Positions 10,329-19,241 of a DNA stretch of 24,000 nt are shown here, piece after piece. The stretch is from Bacteroidales bacterium (lineage in GTDB: Bacteria > Bacteroidota > Bacteroidia > Bacteroidales > UBA7332), in the NCBI GenBank assembly GCA_051657165.1, contig JBOFKD010000162.1, positions 3,870 through 27,869 on the forward strand. The letters are read 5' to 3'. The notes beneath the pieces are model-generated. The model saw nothing but the letters and a program-made list of their open reading frames with translations. It made no database searches and was not told the DNA's origin. How positions within the stretch are numbered: the stretch's first letter is position 1; each line of letters begins with the position of its first letter. A program made the position numbers and the translations under genes.

Positions 10329-10757
10329 TTATTTTACTTCAATCTGTTTTTTACCAACAGGTGGCAAAGATTCTTTTTTAGGTAAAGTAACTGTTAAAAC
10401 ACCATTCTCGGCTTTTGCTTCAATCTTGTCTCTTTCAATATTATCAGGAAGAATAAGCATTTTTTGAAATTGTGTATAAGCAAATTCTCTTCTCAGATAT
10501 TTACCCTGCTCATCTTTCTCTTCTTTCTTTTCTTCCTTTTTAACTAAGATTACAAGTTGATTATCATCATTGATAGATACATTGTAATCATCTTTTGTTA
10601 ATCCGGGTGCTGCTAATTCAACACTAAATTCTTTAGGTGTTTCTTTAATGTTTACAGCCGGCATACTCGGAGCTGCTTTAGCAAGCCATTCATTTTCAAA
10701 AAAATCATTAAACACATCTGGTAACCAACCCTGATGTCCTTTTTTTGCTGGTAACAT
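10329..10757 (-). CDS. small heat-shock protein, Hsp20/alpha-crystallin family
   Basis: The 142-aa ORF has an alpha-crystallin domain signature: PAVNIKETPKEFSVELAAPGLTKDDYNVSI ... REFAYTQFQKMLILPDNI ... IEAKAENGVLTVTLPK. AGGAGG lies 8 nt upstream of the ATG. Confidence 0.92.
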   Translation of the reverse strand: MLPAKKGHQGWLPDVFNDFFENEWLAKAAPSMPAVNIKETPKEFSVELAAPGLTKDDYNVSINDDNQLVILVKKEEKKEEKDEQGKYLRREFAYTQFQKMLILPDNIERDKIEAKAENGVLTVTLPKKESLPPVGKKQIEVK

Positions 10758-10868
10758 AAATAAATCCTCCTATTTAATTTATAGTTAAGGTTGAAATTTA
10801 AGATACGCTCATATTTATGAGTGCATAGACAAAACAAGTTTTCAAGTTAAAATGTTGTATGGTCATTA

Positions 10869-10901
10869 TTCAAAAAGCAATATTTAACGTTGCTTTTTGA
10901 A
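10869..10901. promoter_or_regulatory. perfect 12-bp inverted repeat with 9-nt spacer in the hsp20 / M13-peptidase divergent region
   Basis: TTCAAAAAGCAA (10869-10880), then N9, then TTGCTTTTTGAA (10890-10901). The arms are exact reverse complements. Confidence 0.45.
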
Positions 10902-10992
10902 TTTATTTTGACGTTCAAATGTGTATTTATGAAAATGCTTTTTGCTACCAAATTTATATTCATTTTAAATTGTAGAAAGTAAATTATCTACT

Positions 10993-11000
10993 ACATTTGA
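10993..11000 (+). promoter_or_regulatory. candidate -7 box TACATTTG for the M13 peptidase gene
   Basis: TACATTTG matches TAnnTTTG and lies 30 nt upstream of the ATG at 11030. It overlaps the TTG start used in the ORF track, which argues against that start. Confidence 0.5.
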
Positions 11001-11029
11001 CGAGATTTTCATTTATATGTCAAATTAAT

Positions 11030-13066
11030 ATGAATAAATTATTTTATTTACCCCTAATTGTCGGTGTTATGGCTACAAGTAGTTGTGCAACACAACAAAA
11101 GGAGAAGAAAAACACTGGTATCGATTTAGCGAATCTGGATACAACTATTTCTCCTAACAGTGATTTTTATGATTATGCAACAGGCGGATGGCAAAAGAAT
11201 AATCCATTAAAACCTGAATTTGCACGTTTCGGAACGTTCGACCAATTACGTGAAAACAACAAAGAGCAATTACGACTTTTAATTGAAGAACTAAGCAATG
11301 CTTCTCAGCCAAACGGATCTGTAGCTCAGAAAATTGCAGATTTGTACAAATCAGGTATGGATAGTGTCCGTCTGAACAGCGAAGGCTCTGCCCCTATCAA
11401 AGCTGATATTGATCTGATTCAGTCTATTTCTGACAATAAAGAACTAAGTAAAGTACTGGGTAAGATGGCTAAAGATGGTGTTAACCCATTCTTTTTCGTC
11501 TATGTAGATGTAGATCCGGGCAATAGTTCAGAGAACCTTATGCAGTTTTATCAGGGTGGTCTGAGCATGGGCGACAGAGATTATTATCTTACTGATGATG
11601 AGCATTCTAAAGAAATAAGAGCAGCTTTTGTTGATTATGCAACAAAACTATTTATCCTATCCGGATACAATGAAGCGGATGCTAAAAAAGCAGCTGATAT
11701 TGTACTGAAAGTTCAGACAGAGTTAGCGAAAAATTCTTACTCTCGTGAAGAATTAAGAAATCCAGTTGCGAATTACAATAAGATGTCTAAAAAAGATTTT
11801 GAAGCAAAATTCAAAGGTTTAGACTGGAATGAGTTCTTTGCTGCGGCAAATTTGACAGCTGCACAAGATTTAAGTGTTGGACAGGTTCCTTTTATGCAGG
11901 GAATAGACAAAGTTCTTGCCGGACTAACAAATGCTCAACTAAAAGATTATCTGACATTTACTCTTCTTGATGCTTCTGCGGGATATCTGAGTGATGATTT
12001 CGAATTAGCTTCTTTTGATTTCTATCAGAAAAAAATGTCAGGTAAACAAGAGCAACAGCCAAGATGGAAACGCTCACTTGAAACGACCAACTCTGCTTTA
12101 GGAGAAGCTGTTGGCCAAATGTATGTAGAGAAATACTTCCCTCCTGCTGCTAAAGACAAAATGCTGAAAATGGTAGATAACCTGAAAGTAGCTTTAGGCG
12201 AACGCATCAACAACCTGGAATGGATGTCAGATACAACAAAAGCTAAAGCACAGGAAAAACTTGCTGCCTTCATTGTGAAAATCGGATATCCTGATAAATG
12301 GAGAGATTATTCAGCGCTGCAAATTGACTCTGCATCAAGCTATTGGGCTAACGTACAGAAGGCTACTGATTTCGAATGGGATTATATGGTGTCTCAGCTT
12401 GGAAAACCGGTTGATAAGACAAAATGGCATATGAGCCCTCAGACAGTTAATGCATATTACAATCCAACAACAAACGAAATCTGCTTTCCAGCAGCTATCC
12501 TTCAGCCTCCTTTCTTCAACATGGATGCTGATGATGCTGTAAATTATGGTGGTATTGGTGTAGTAATCGGCCACGAGATGACTCATGGTTTTGATGATCA
12601 GGGACGTCAGTTCGATAAAAACGGAAATCTTAATGACTGGTGGACAGCTGAAGATGCAACCCGTTTCACAGAAAAGACAAAAGGACTTATTGCGCAATAT
12701 GACAGTATTGTAGTTTTAGGCGATACGCATGCAAACGGTGAATTTACTCTGGGTGAAAACATTGCCGATCAGGGCGGACTGCAAATTGCTTATCAGGCTT
12801 TACAAAAGTCTTTAGCAAATGAAAAGCAAGGACCTGTTGACGGATTCACTCCGGAACAAAGATTCTTCTTATCTTATGCGACCCTTTGGGCAGGAAATAT
12901 TCGTGACGAAGAAATCTTACGTCTTACAAAACTTGATCCTCACTCTTTAGGAAGATGGAGAGTAAACGGAGCACTACCAAATATTGATGCATTCTATGAA
13001 GTATTCAACATTAAAGAAGGTGACAAGATGTTTAAAAAACCTGAAGAAAGAGTCGTAATCTGGTAA
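11030..13066 (+). CDS. M13-family zinc metalloendopeptidase (PepO/neprilysin-like), predicted lipoprotein (start corrected from 10997 to 11030)
   Basis: From the ATG at 11030 the protein reads MNKLFYLPLIVGVMATSSC, a lipoprotein-type signal ending in Cys. It has the zinc motif VIGHEMTHGFD (HExxH), a downstream GENIADQGG (ExxxD-type third ligand region), and an NAYY motif. Confidence 0.9.
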   Translation: MNKLFYLPLIVGVMATSSCATQQKEKKNTGIDLANLDTTISPNSDFYDYATGGWQKNNPLKPEFARFGTFDQLRENNKEQLRLLIEELSNASQPNGSVAQKIADLYKSGMDSVRLNSEGSAPIKADIDLIQSISDNKELSKVLGKMAKDGVNPFFFVYVDVDPGNSSENLMQFYQGGLSMGDRDYYLTDDEHSKEIRAAFVDYATKLFILSGYNEADAKKAADIVLKVQTELAKNSYSREELRNPVANYNKMSKKDFEAKFKGLDWNEFFAAANLTAAQDLSVGQVPFMQGIDKVLAGLTNAQLKDYLTFTLLDASAGYLSDDFELASFDFYQKKMSGKQEQQPRWKRSLETTNSALGEAVGQMYVEKYFPPAAKDKMLKMVDNLKVALGERINNLEWMSDTTKAKAQEKLAAFIVKIGYPDKWRDYSALQIDSASSYWANVQKATDFEWDYMVSQLGKPVDKTKWHMSPQTVNAYYNPTTNEICFPAAILQPPFFNMDADDAVNYGGIGVVIGHEMTHGFDDQGRQFDKNGNLNDWWTAEDATRFTEKTKGLIAQYDSIVVLGDTHANGEFTLGENIADQGGLQIAYQALQKSLANEKQGPVDGFTPEQRFFLSYATLWAGNIRDEEILRLTKLDPHSLGRWRVNGALPNIDAFYEVFNIKEGDKMFKKPEERVVIW

Positions 13067-13088
13067 TTTGATTACACCACATATTAAA

Positions 13089-13127
13089 ACGATTGGATGT
13101 TATACAACATATCCAATCGTTTTTTTT
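13089..13127 (+). terminator. rho-independent terminator after the M13 peptidase gene
   Basis: ACGATTGGAT (13089-13098) pairs with ATCCAATCGT (13111-13120), with extra inner GTT/AAC pairing. The stem is followed by TTTTTTT (13121-13127). Confidence 0.8.
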
Positions 13128-13463
13128 ATGCTGTTTTGCTATCCATATATATCAATCTTCGCAGTTAAGGCATCTTTTCTCACCTCTGTGTTTACCTATA
13201 TTAACATCAATAAAAACCGCCTATAATTGTACTTATTACAATAAATAAAGTTTCCTTAGATATACGAATAAGAATTTCGCATTTTACACAGTATAAAAGA
13301 TATTAATTACTGTTACATCTGCATTTTTAGCTTAATTTTAGAACAGAATTTCAATCTTGATAATCAACCATTTACAAAAACACATATACTCTCCTCCTCC
13401 TTACCCCTACTCTGATATGTTAGAAAGTGAGAAACCCCATTTTTTTGATAATACTGCTTATAC

Positions 13464-13471
13464 TACCTTTG
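13464..13471 (+). promoter_or_regulatory. candidate -7 box TACCTTTG for pflBA
   Basis: TACCTTTG matches TAnnTTTG, 37 nt upstream of the ATG at 13508. The upstream TTTG is only about 16 nt away, so the -33 element is uncertain. Confidence 0.45.
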
Positions 13472-13507
13472 CATCGTAATCACAAATCAACCATACTATA
13501 ATAAAAT

Positions 13508-15733
13508 ATGAATATGCCAGATTTCAAACAAGGAAAATGGAACGAATCAATTGACGTTCGTGATTTTGTTGAAAAAAATATTACTCCTTACGAAGGAGAT
13601 GCTTCTTTCTTAGCAGGACCTACTGAAAGAACAACTAAAATCTGGAACATCTGTAAAGAAGCTCTTAAACAAGAGATCAATAATAACGGTGTACTTGAGA
13701 TCGACAATAAAACAATCTCTACTATCACTTCTCACAAAGCCGGATACATCGATCAGGAAAACGAAGTAATCGTTGGTCTTCAGACAGACGCTCTTCTTCG
13801 CCGCGCGATGAAACCTCTTGGTGGAATCAAAGTTGTAGAGAAAGCTTGTGCTGAGCACGGTCTTGAAGTAGACGAAAGAGTAAAAGATATCTTTTACAAC
13901 TATCGTAAAACTCACAACGACGGAGTATTCGATGCTTACACTGACGAGATTCGTCTTTACCGCTCACTAGGATTCCTTACTGGTCTTCCTGACAATTACG
14001 CTCGTGGCCGTGTAATCGGTGACTACAGACGTATGGCTCTTTATGGTGCTGACCGTTTGATCGAAGCTAAAAAACAGGATCTTCGCGGACTAACAGGACC
14101 GATGACTGAAGAAAGAATTCGTCTTCGTGAAGAAGTTGCTGAGCAAATCCGTGCTCTTCAGGCAATGAAAACTATGGGTGAGTACTACGGTCTTGACCTT
14201 TCTCGTCCGGCTACATCTGCACAAGAAGCTGTACAGTGGGTATACATGGCTTACCTTGCTGCTGTAAAAGAGCAAGATGGTGCTGCTATGTCACTAGGTA
14301 ACGTATCTTCATTCCTTGATATCTACATCGAGTACGATTTACAAAAAGGAAATATCGAAGAGTCTTTTGCTCAAGAGCTAATTGACCAGTTCGTTATCAA
14401 ATTACGTTTGGTTCGTCACCTTCGTATGGACAGCTACAATGAAATCTTCGCTGGTGACCCAACATGGGTAACAGAGGCTATTGGTGGTAACCTGAACGAT
14501 GGTCGTACAAAAGTTACGAAAACATCTTTCCGTTTCCTTCAGACTCTGTATAACCTGGGACCATCTCCGGAACCAAACATGACAGTTCTTTGGTCTCCTT
14601 CTCTTCCTGAAGGATTCAAAAAATTCTGTGCTCAGGTATCTATCGATACATCTTCAGTTCAATACGAAAATGACGATTTGATGCGTGCAACTCGTTGTTC
14701 TGATGACTACGGTATTGCTTGTTGTGTATCATTCCAGGAAATCGGAAAACACATCCAGTTCTTCGGTGCACGTACAAACCTTGCTAAAGCATTGTTGCTT
14801 GCACTTAACGAAGGCCGTTGCGAATTTACAGGTAAACAAGTAGTTAAAAACGTACCTAAATTAGAAGGTGACGTTCTTGATTACGAAGCTGTAATGAACA
14901 ACTTCCGTTACGTAATGAAAGAAGTAGCTCGTGTTTACAATGATTCGATGAATATCATCCACTTCATGCACGATAAATACTACTACGAAAAAGCACAGCT
15001 TGCTCTTTGTGATACAAATCCTAAGATCAACCTTGCTTATGGAGCAGCAGGTCTTTCAATCGTAGCAGACTCATTATCAGCTATCCGTTATGCGAAAGTT
15101 ACACCGGTTCGTAACGAAGAAGGATTAACTGTAGATTTCAAAATCGAAGGTGAATTCCCATGCTACGGTAACGATGATGACCGCGTTGACACTATGGCGG
15201 TTGAAGTTACTCGCTATTTCAACAATATTTTGAAAGAGCTTCCAACTTACAAAAACGCAGAGCCTACTCTTTCTATCCTTACTATTACATCAAACGTAAT
15301 GTACGGTAAGAAAACAGGTGCTACTCCTGACGGTCGTGAAAAAGGTATCGCATTCGCTCCGGGTGCTAATCCAATGCACGGACGTGACGAAAAAGGTGCT
15401 ATTGCTTCTTTGTCATCTGTATCTAAAATTGATTATACATCAGCTCAGGATGGTGTAAGTAACACATTCTCAATCGTTCCGCGTTCTCTTGGTCACACAG
15501 ACGAAGAAAAATGTGAAAACCTGATTGCAATGATGGATGGTTACTTCTCAAAAGGAGCTCACCACCTGAACGTAAACGTATTGAATAGAGAATTACTTCG
15601 CGATGCGATGGAACATCCTGAAAACTATCCACAATTGACTATCCGTGTATCCGGATATGCAGTTAACTTTGTTCGCCTTCGTCGTGAGCAACAGCTGGAA
15701 GTTATCTCTCGTAGTTTCTTCGAAAGAATGTAA
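13508..15733 (+). CDS. pflB: pyruvate formate-lyase (formate C-acetyltransferase), glycyl-radical enzyme
   Basis: The 741-aa ORF has the adjacent active-site cysteines GIACCVSFQ and the C-terminal glycyl-radical motif [14 protein letters not shown]. Its activase gene follows 20 nt downstream. Confidence 0.95.
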   Translation: MNMPDFKQGKWNESIDVRDFVEKNITPYEGDASFLAGPTERTTKIWNICKEALKQEINNNGVLEIDNKTISTITSHKAGYIDQENEVIVGLQTDALLRRAMKPLGGIKVVEKACAEHGLEVDERVKDIFYNYRKTHNDGVFDAYTDEIRLYRSLGFLTGLPDNYARGRVIGDYRRMALYGADRLIEAKKQDLRGLTGPMTEERIRLREEVAEQIRALQAMKTMGEYYGLDLSRPATSAQEAVQWVYMAYLAAVKEQDGAAMSLGNVSSFLDIYIEYDLQKGNIEESFAQELIDQFVIKLRLVRHLRMDSYNEIFAGDPTWVTEAIGGNLNDGRTKVTKTSFRFLQTLYNLGPSPEPNMTVLWSPSLPEGFKKFCAQVSIDTSSVQYENDDLMRATRCSDDYGIACCVSFQEIGKHIQFFGARTNLAKALLLALNEGRCEFTGKQVVKNVPKLEGDVLDYEAVMNNFRYVMKEVARVYNDSMNIIHFMHDKYYYEKAQLALCDTNPKINLAYGAAGLSIVADSLSAIRYAKVTPVRNEEGLTVDFKIEGEFPCYGNDDDRVDTMAVEVTRYFNNILKELPTYKNAEPTLSILTITSNVMYGKKTGATPDGREKGIAFAPGANPMHGRDEKGAIASLSSVSKIDYTSAQDGVSNTFSIVPRSLGHTDEEKCENLIAMMDGYFSKGAHHLNVNVLNRELLRDAMEHPENYPQLTIRVSGYAVNFVRLRREQQLEVISRSFFERM

Positions 15734-15753
15734 TTCCATTCTAAACCTATTCT

Positions 15754-16488
15754 ATGAATAATAAATTATTTGTACACTCATACGAATCTATGGGGACACA
15801 CGACGGCCCGGGCTTACGCCTGGTCGTCTTTCTCCAGGGATGCAAATTTAATTGTCTTTACTGTGCCAATCCGGACACCATTCCTATGAAAGGCGGAAAA
15901 GAGACTCCTCTCGAAGAGATCATCGCGATGTGTGAAAGCCAGCGTGCATTCTTCGGTAAAAAAGGGGGAATCACAGTAAGTGGCGGTGAACCAACACTTC
16001 AGGCAGCCTCTCTGAAAGTTTTATTCAAAGAGCTTAAAAGCAGAGGCTTCCGTACTTGTCTGGATACGAACGGAAATAATTTTAATGATGATGTTAAAGA
16101 GCTGCTGGAATATACAGATCTTGTGATGTTAGACATTAAACATATGTTTTCGGCGCAGCACAAAGTAATTACAGGTGTTGTAAATGAGCAGGTTTTGAAG
16201 ACTGCTCAATATCTGAAAGAACAAAATATACCTATGTGGCTTCGCTACGTTTTGGTTCCGGGATTAAGTGATCAGGAAGAGGCACTAGTCGCTCTTGGCG
16301 AACACTTCAAGGATTACGAAAACATCGAACGTCTTGAAATCTTACCTTACCACACGCTAGGTAAGCATAAGTACGAACACATGGGTAGAACATACAAACT
16401 TGAAGATACGCCGGCAAATACCGCGGAACAATTGTTCCGTGCAAAGGAGTTGTTAACTCCTTACTTCAAATATGTACAAGTAAACTAA
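15754..16488 (+). CDS. pflA: pyruvate formate-lyase activating enzyme (radical SAM)
   Basis: The 244-aa ORF has the radical-SAM cluster motif GCKFNCLYCANPD (CxxxCxxC). It also has GGITVSGGEP and the conserved VLVPGLSD / LPYHTLGKHKYE motifs of PflA. Confidence 0.93.
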   Translation: MNNKLFVHSYESMGTHDGPGLRLVVFLQGCKFNCLYCANPDTIPMKGGKETPLEEIIAMCESQRAFFGKKGGITVSGGEPTLQAASLKVLFKELKSRGFRTCLDTNGNNFNDDVKELLEYTDLVMLDIKHMFSAQHKVITGVVNEQVLKTAQYLKEQNIPMWLRYVLVPGLSDQEEALVALGEHFKDYENIERLEILPYHTLGKHKYEHMGRTYKLEDTPANTAEQLFRAKELLTPYFKYVQVN

Positions 16489-16494
16489 CTGATA

Positions 16495-16536
16495 AAGGTG
16501 GGTGCCGGATTTATTCCGGCACCCACCTTCTTTATT
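16495..16536 (+). terminator. strong stem-loop terminator after pflA
   Basis: A 15-bp GC-rich stem, AAGGTGGGTGCCGGA (16495-16509) with TCCGGCACCCACCTT (16515-16529), has a 5-nt loop. It is followed by a T-rich CTTTATT. Confidence 0.75.
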
Positions 16537-16761
16537 ATATTACCCTGTATAAGAAGTACCCGAAATTATTGTCTTACCCGGAGTAACGTTCAGTTCGTCA
16601 GTATTATCAGGTATATGCGTAGCTTATATAAAAAGCAAATGTATGAATCCTCTCCGGAATACCTGTAAATAATAAGAGATACTCCTTTGATTAATTTTTT
16701 TCAAAGGAGGAATAACTTCATTTGCAAGTATGATTAATTTGCAGGTTGTACACCTCCTTCG

Positions 16762-16827
16762 AAGGAGACGTACGTATCCTTAAAAGGAGATGTACAGCAG
16801 GTAAAAAGGAGACGTACGTCTCCTTTT
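16762..16827. repeat. three direct repeat units with exact 22-bp period, each starting AAGGAGA(C/T)GTAC
   Basis: Unit starts are at 16762 (AAGGAGACGTACGT), 16784 (AAGGAGATGTAC) and 16806 (AAGGAGACGTACGT). A partial TGTAC sits one further period upstream, at about 16747. Confidence 0.7.
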
Positions 16828-16828
16828 T
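16803..16828. other. perfect 26-bp palindrome AAAAAGGAGACGTACGTCTCCTTTTT (bidirectional-terminator-like hairpin or dimeric protein site)
   Basis: The sequence is exactly self-complementary, with an A5 run, a GGAGAC/GTCTCC stem around GTAC, and a T5-6 run. No annotated gene ends next to it. Confidence 0.6.
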
Positions 16829-16961
16829 TACTCATACGGTCGAAAATAATTAATAACCCTTTGAAAATAATTAATCATACGTATTATTCTACTTATTTGC
16901 AGTCTCAATTTTCTGCATCATGCGTATCTTATTTCTGAATTACACTACAAGCAAATAGCTT

Positions 16962-17005
16962 ATAAATAAAAGAGACAAAGTTCTTTTATACAGAACTTTG
17001 TCTCT
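16962..17005 (-). terminator. rho-independent terminator of the lyase gene
   Basis: A 14-bp perfect stem, AGAGACAAAGTTCT (16971-16984) with AGAACTTTGTCTCT (16992-17005), is followed on the minus strand by TTTATTTAT. It starts 35 nt beyond the stop codon. Confidence 0.8.
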
Positions 17006-17039
17006 CCTATCGTATCTTAAAATTTAGTAGCTCTTACTG

Positions 17040-18425
<1,386 letters not shown>

Positions 18426-18540
18426 TCAGTATTAGATTATTAACGCGTCTAATATATGTACTTTTTTCTTACAAACAATAAAAAACAAATTAAAAATATA
18501 ATACTTATTTTCAAACCATCCAGACTCTGCCCTCGCTTAT

Positions 18541-18573
18541 AGAAATAAAAATAGGGCATCAATTGATGCCCTA
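18541..18573 (-). terminator. rho-independent terminator of the 89-aa gene, insulating it from the lyase gene
   Basis: A 22-bp perfect palindrome TAGGGCATCAATTGATGCCCTA (18552-18573) is followed on the minus strand by TTTTTATTT. Confidence 0.8.
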
Positions 18574-18584
18574 TGCTAAGTTAT

Positions 18585-18854
18585 CTACTTCAAAGATTCC
18601 AATTCCCGTACCTCGGATAAAATAAGCAATGCCTTCTCTAAGATTTTCGGATCATCAAGAACTACAATTCCACCATCGGAACCTGGCTCAAGATGAACAC
18701 CTATGCTCTCTCCAAATTCATAGTTATGACCACCGAAGTAATTACGAACCGTATCCACCGGGATGTTTAACTCATCTGCAATTCTGTGAGTACTTCCCGG
18801 AGGAAGGCTGTTTTTGATTCGACGAAGCTCGTTGAATGAAATAGTCATGCTCAT
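18585..18854 (-). CDS. small (89 aa) hypothetical protein with N-terminal helix-turn-helix-like segment
   Basis: The ORF has its own terminator. The N-terminal segment GSTHRIADELNIPVDTVRNYFGG has the pattern of an HTH (helix, turn at N-I-P, recognition helix). No family is recognised from memory. Confidence 0.6.
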   Translation of the reverse strand: MSMTISFNELRRIKNSLPPGSTHRIADELNIPVDTVRNYFGGHNYEFGESIGVHLEPGSDGGIVVLDDPKILEKALLILSEVRELESLK

Positions 18855-19201
18855 ATCGAAAAAAATTAAAAGGTTAATATTGGTTCAAGAAAGTAGTATT
18901 CAAATTTCTTGTCAAACTAAAGTCTGACAACCTTTGAACGCTGTAAACTTATACGATATTTTCTTTACTTCAAAACATTTTTAATCCTATTTTTTAGTGT
19001 TATAGGACATATTTATTTTTAAAACAAAATCAATCTTTCGTTGTTGTATTTTGTTCTATCTCTGATGCCATGCCGATTCTCTTTATTTCCGAAAGTCGCC
19101 ATGTTATCATTATAACAGTTGATCGATAAAAAAAGACGAGACAAAATTCTAAATTATCCTTTTTAACATTAAACGTCTTTGTATTGCGACTCCAGAATTG
19201 T

Positions 19202-19209
19202 TATATTTG
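19202..19209 (+). promoter_or_regulatory. candidate -7 box TATATTTG with TTTG -33 element 20 nt upstream, for the AgcS-family gene
   Basis: TATATTTG matches TAnnTTTG, 33 nt upstream of the ATG at 19242. The TTTG in TCTTTGTATTGCG lies 20 nt upstream of the box. Confidence 0.55.
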
Positions 19210-19241
19210 AGGATAACCAAAATTATTATTTAACATAGCAT

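Noticed and set aside
10869-10901. Whether the hsp20 upstream inverted repeat is a CIRCE (HrcA) element.
   Set aside because: Only the 9-nt spacing matches. The arms (TTCAAAAAGCAA) bear no resemblance to TTAGCACTC, so it cannot be called CIRCE. It is kept as an unclassified repeat in the findings.
13357-13367. Palindrome TTGATAATCAA upstream of pflB as a possible FNR/CRP-type anaerobic activator site.
   Set aside because: The FNR consensus is TTGAT-N4-ATCAA, and here the half-sites are separated by a single base. The site is about 100 nt upstream of the -7 box. It is a short AT-rich palindrome easily produced by chance.
13362-13494. Exact 10-mer AATCAACCAT occurring twice (13362-13371 and 13485-13494), bracketing the pflB promoter, plus a CT-rich tract CTCCTCCTCCTTACCCCTACTC (about 13391-13412).
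   Set aside because: I estimate a single 10-mer repeat in about 380 bp of AT-rich DNA has a chance probability of several percent or more. There is no symmetry or phasing to suggest a binding site. It is noted but not supportable.
16762-16825. Inverted GAGACG/CGTCTC (BsmBI/Esp3I) sites and CGTACG within the palindromes, reminiscent of an engineered Golden-Gate stuffer.
   Set aside because: There are no vector-like flanks, selection markers or other synthetic hallmarks. The sites are simply part of a natural-looking palindrome with an imperfect second copy 44 bp away, so coincidence is the simpler reading.
18855-19241. Looked for a glycine riboswitch or other leader RNA upstream of the AgcS-family symporter. 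Glycine riboswitches commonly precede such genes in other phyla.
   Set aside because: The best promoter box lies only 33 nt from the ATG, leaving no room. I saw none of the conserved GGAGAG...CACCG...GGGCAA-type riboswitch segments in the 387-bp region.
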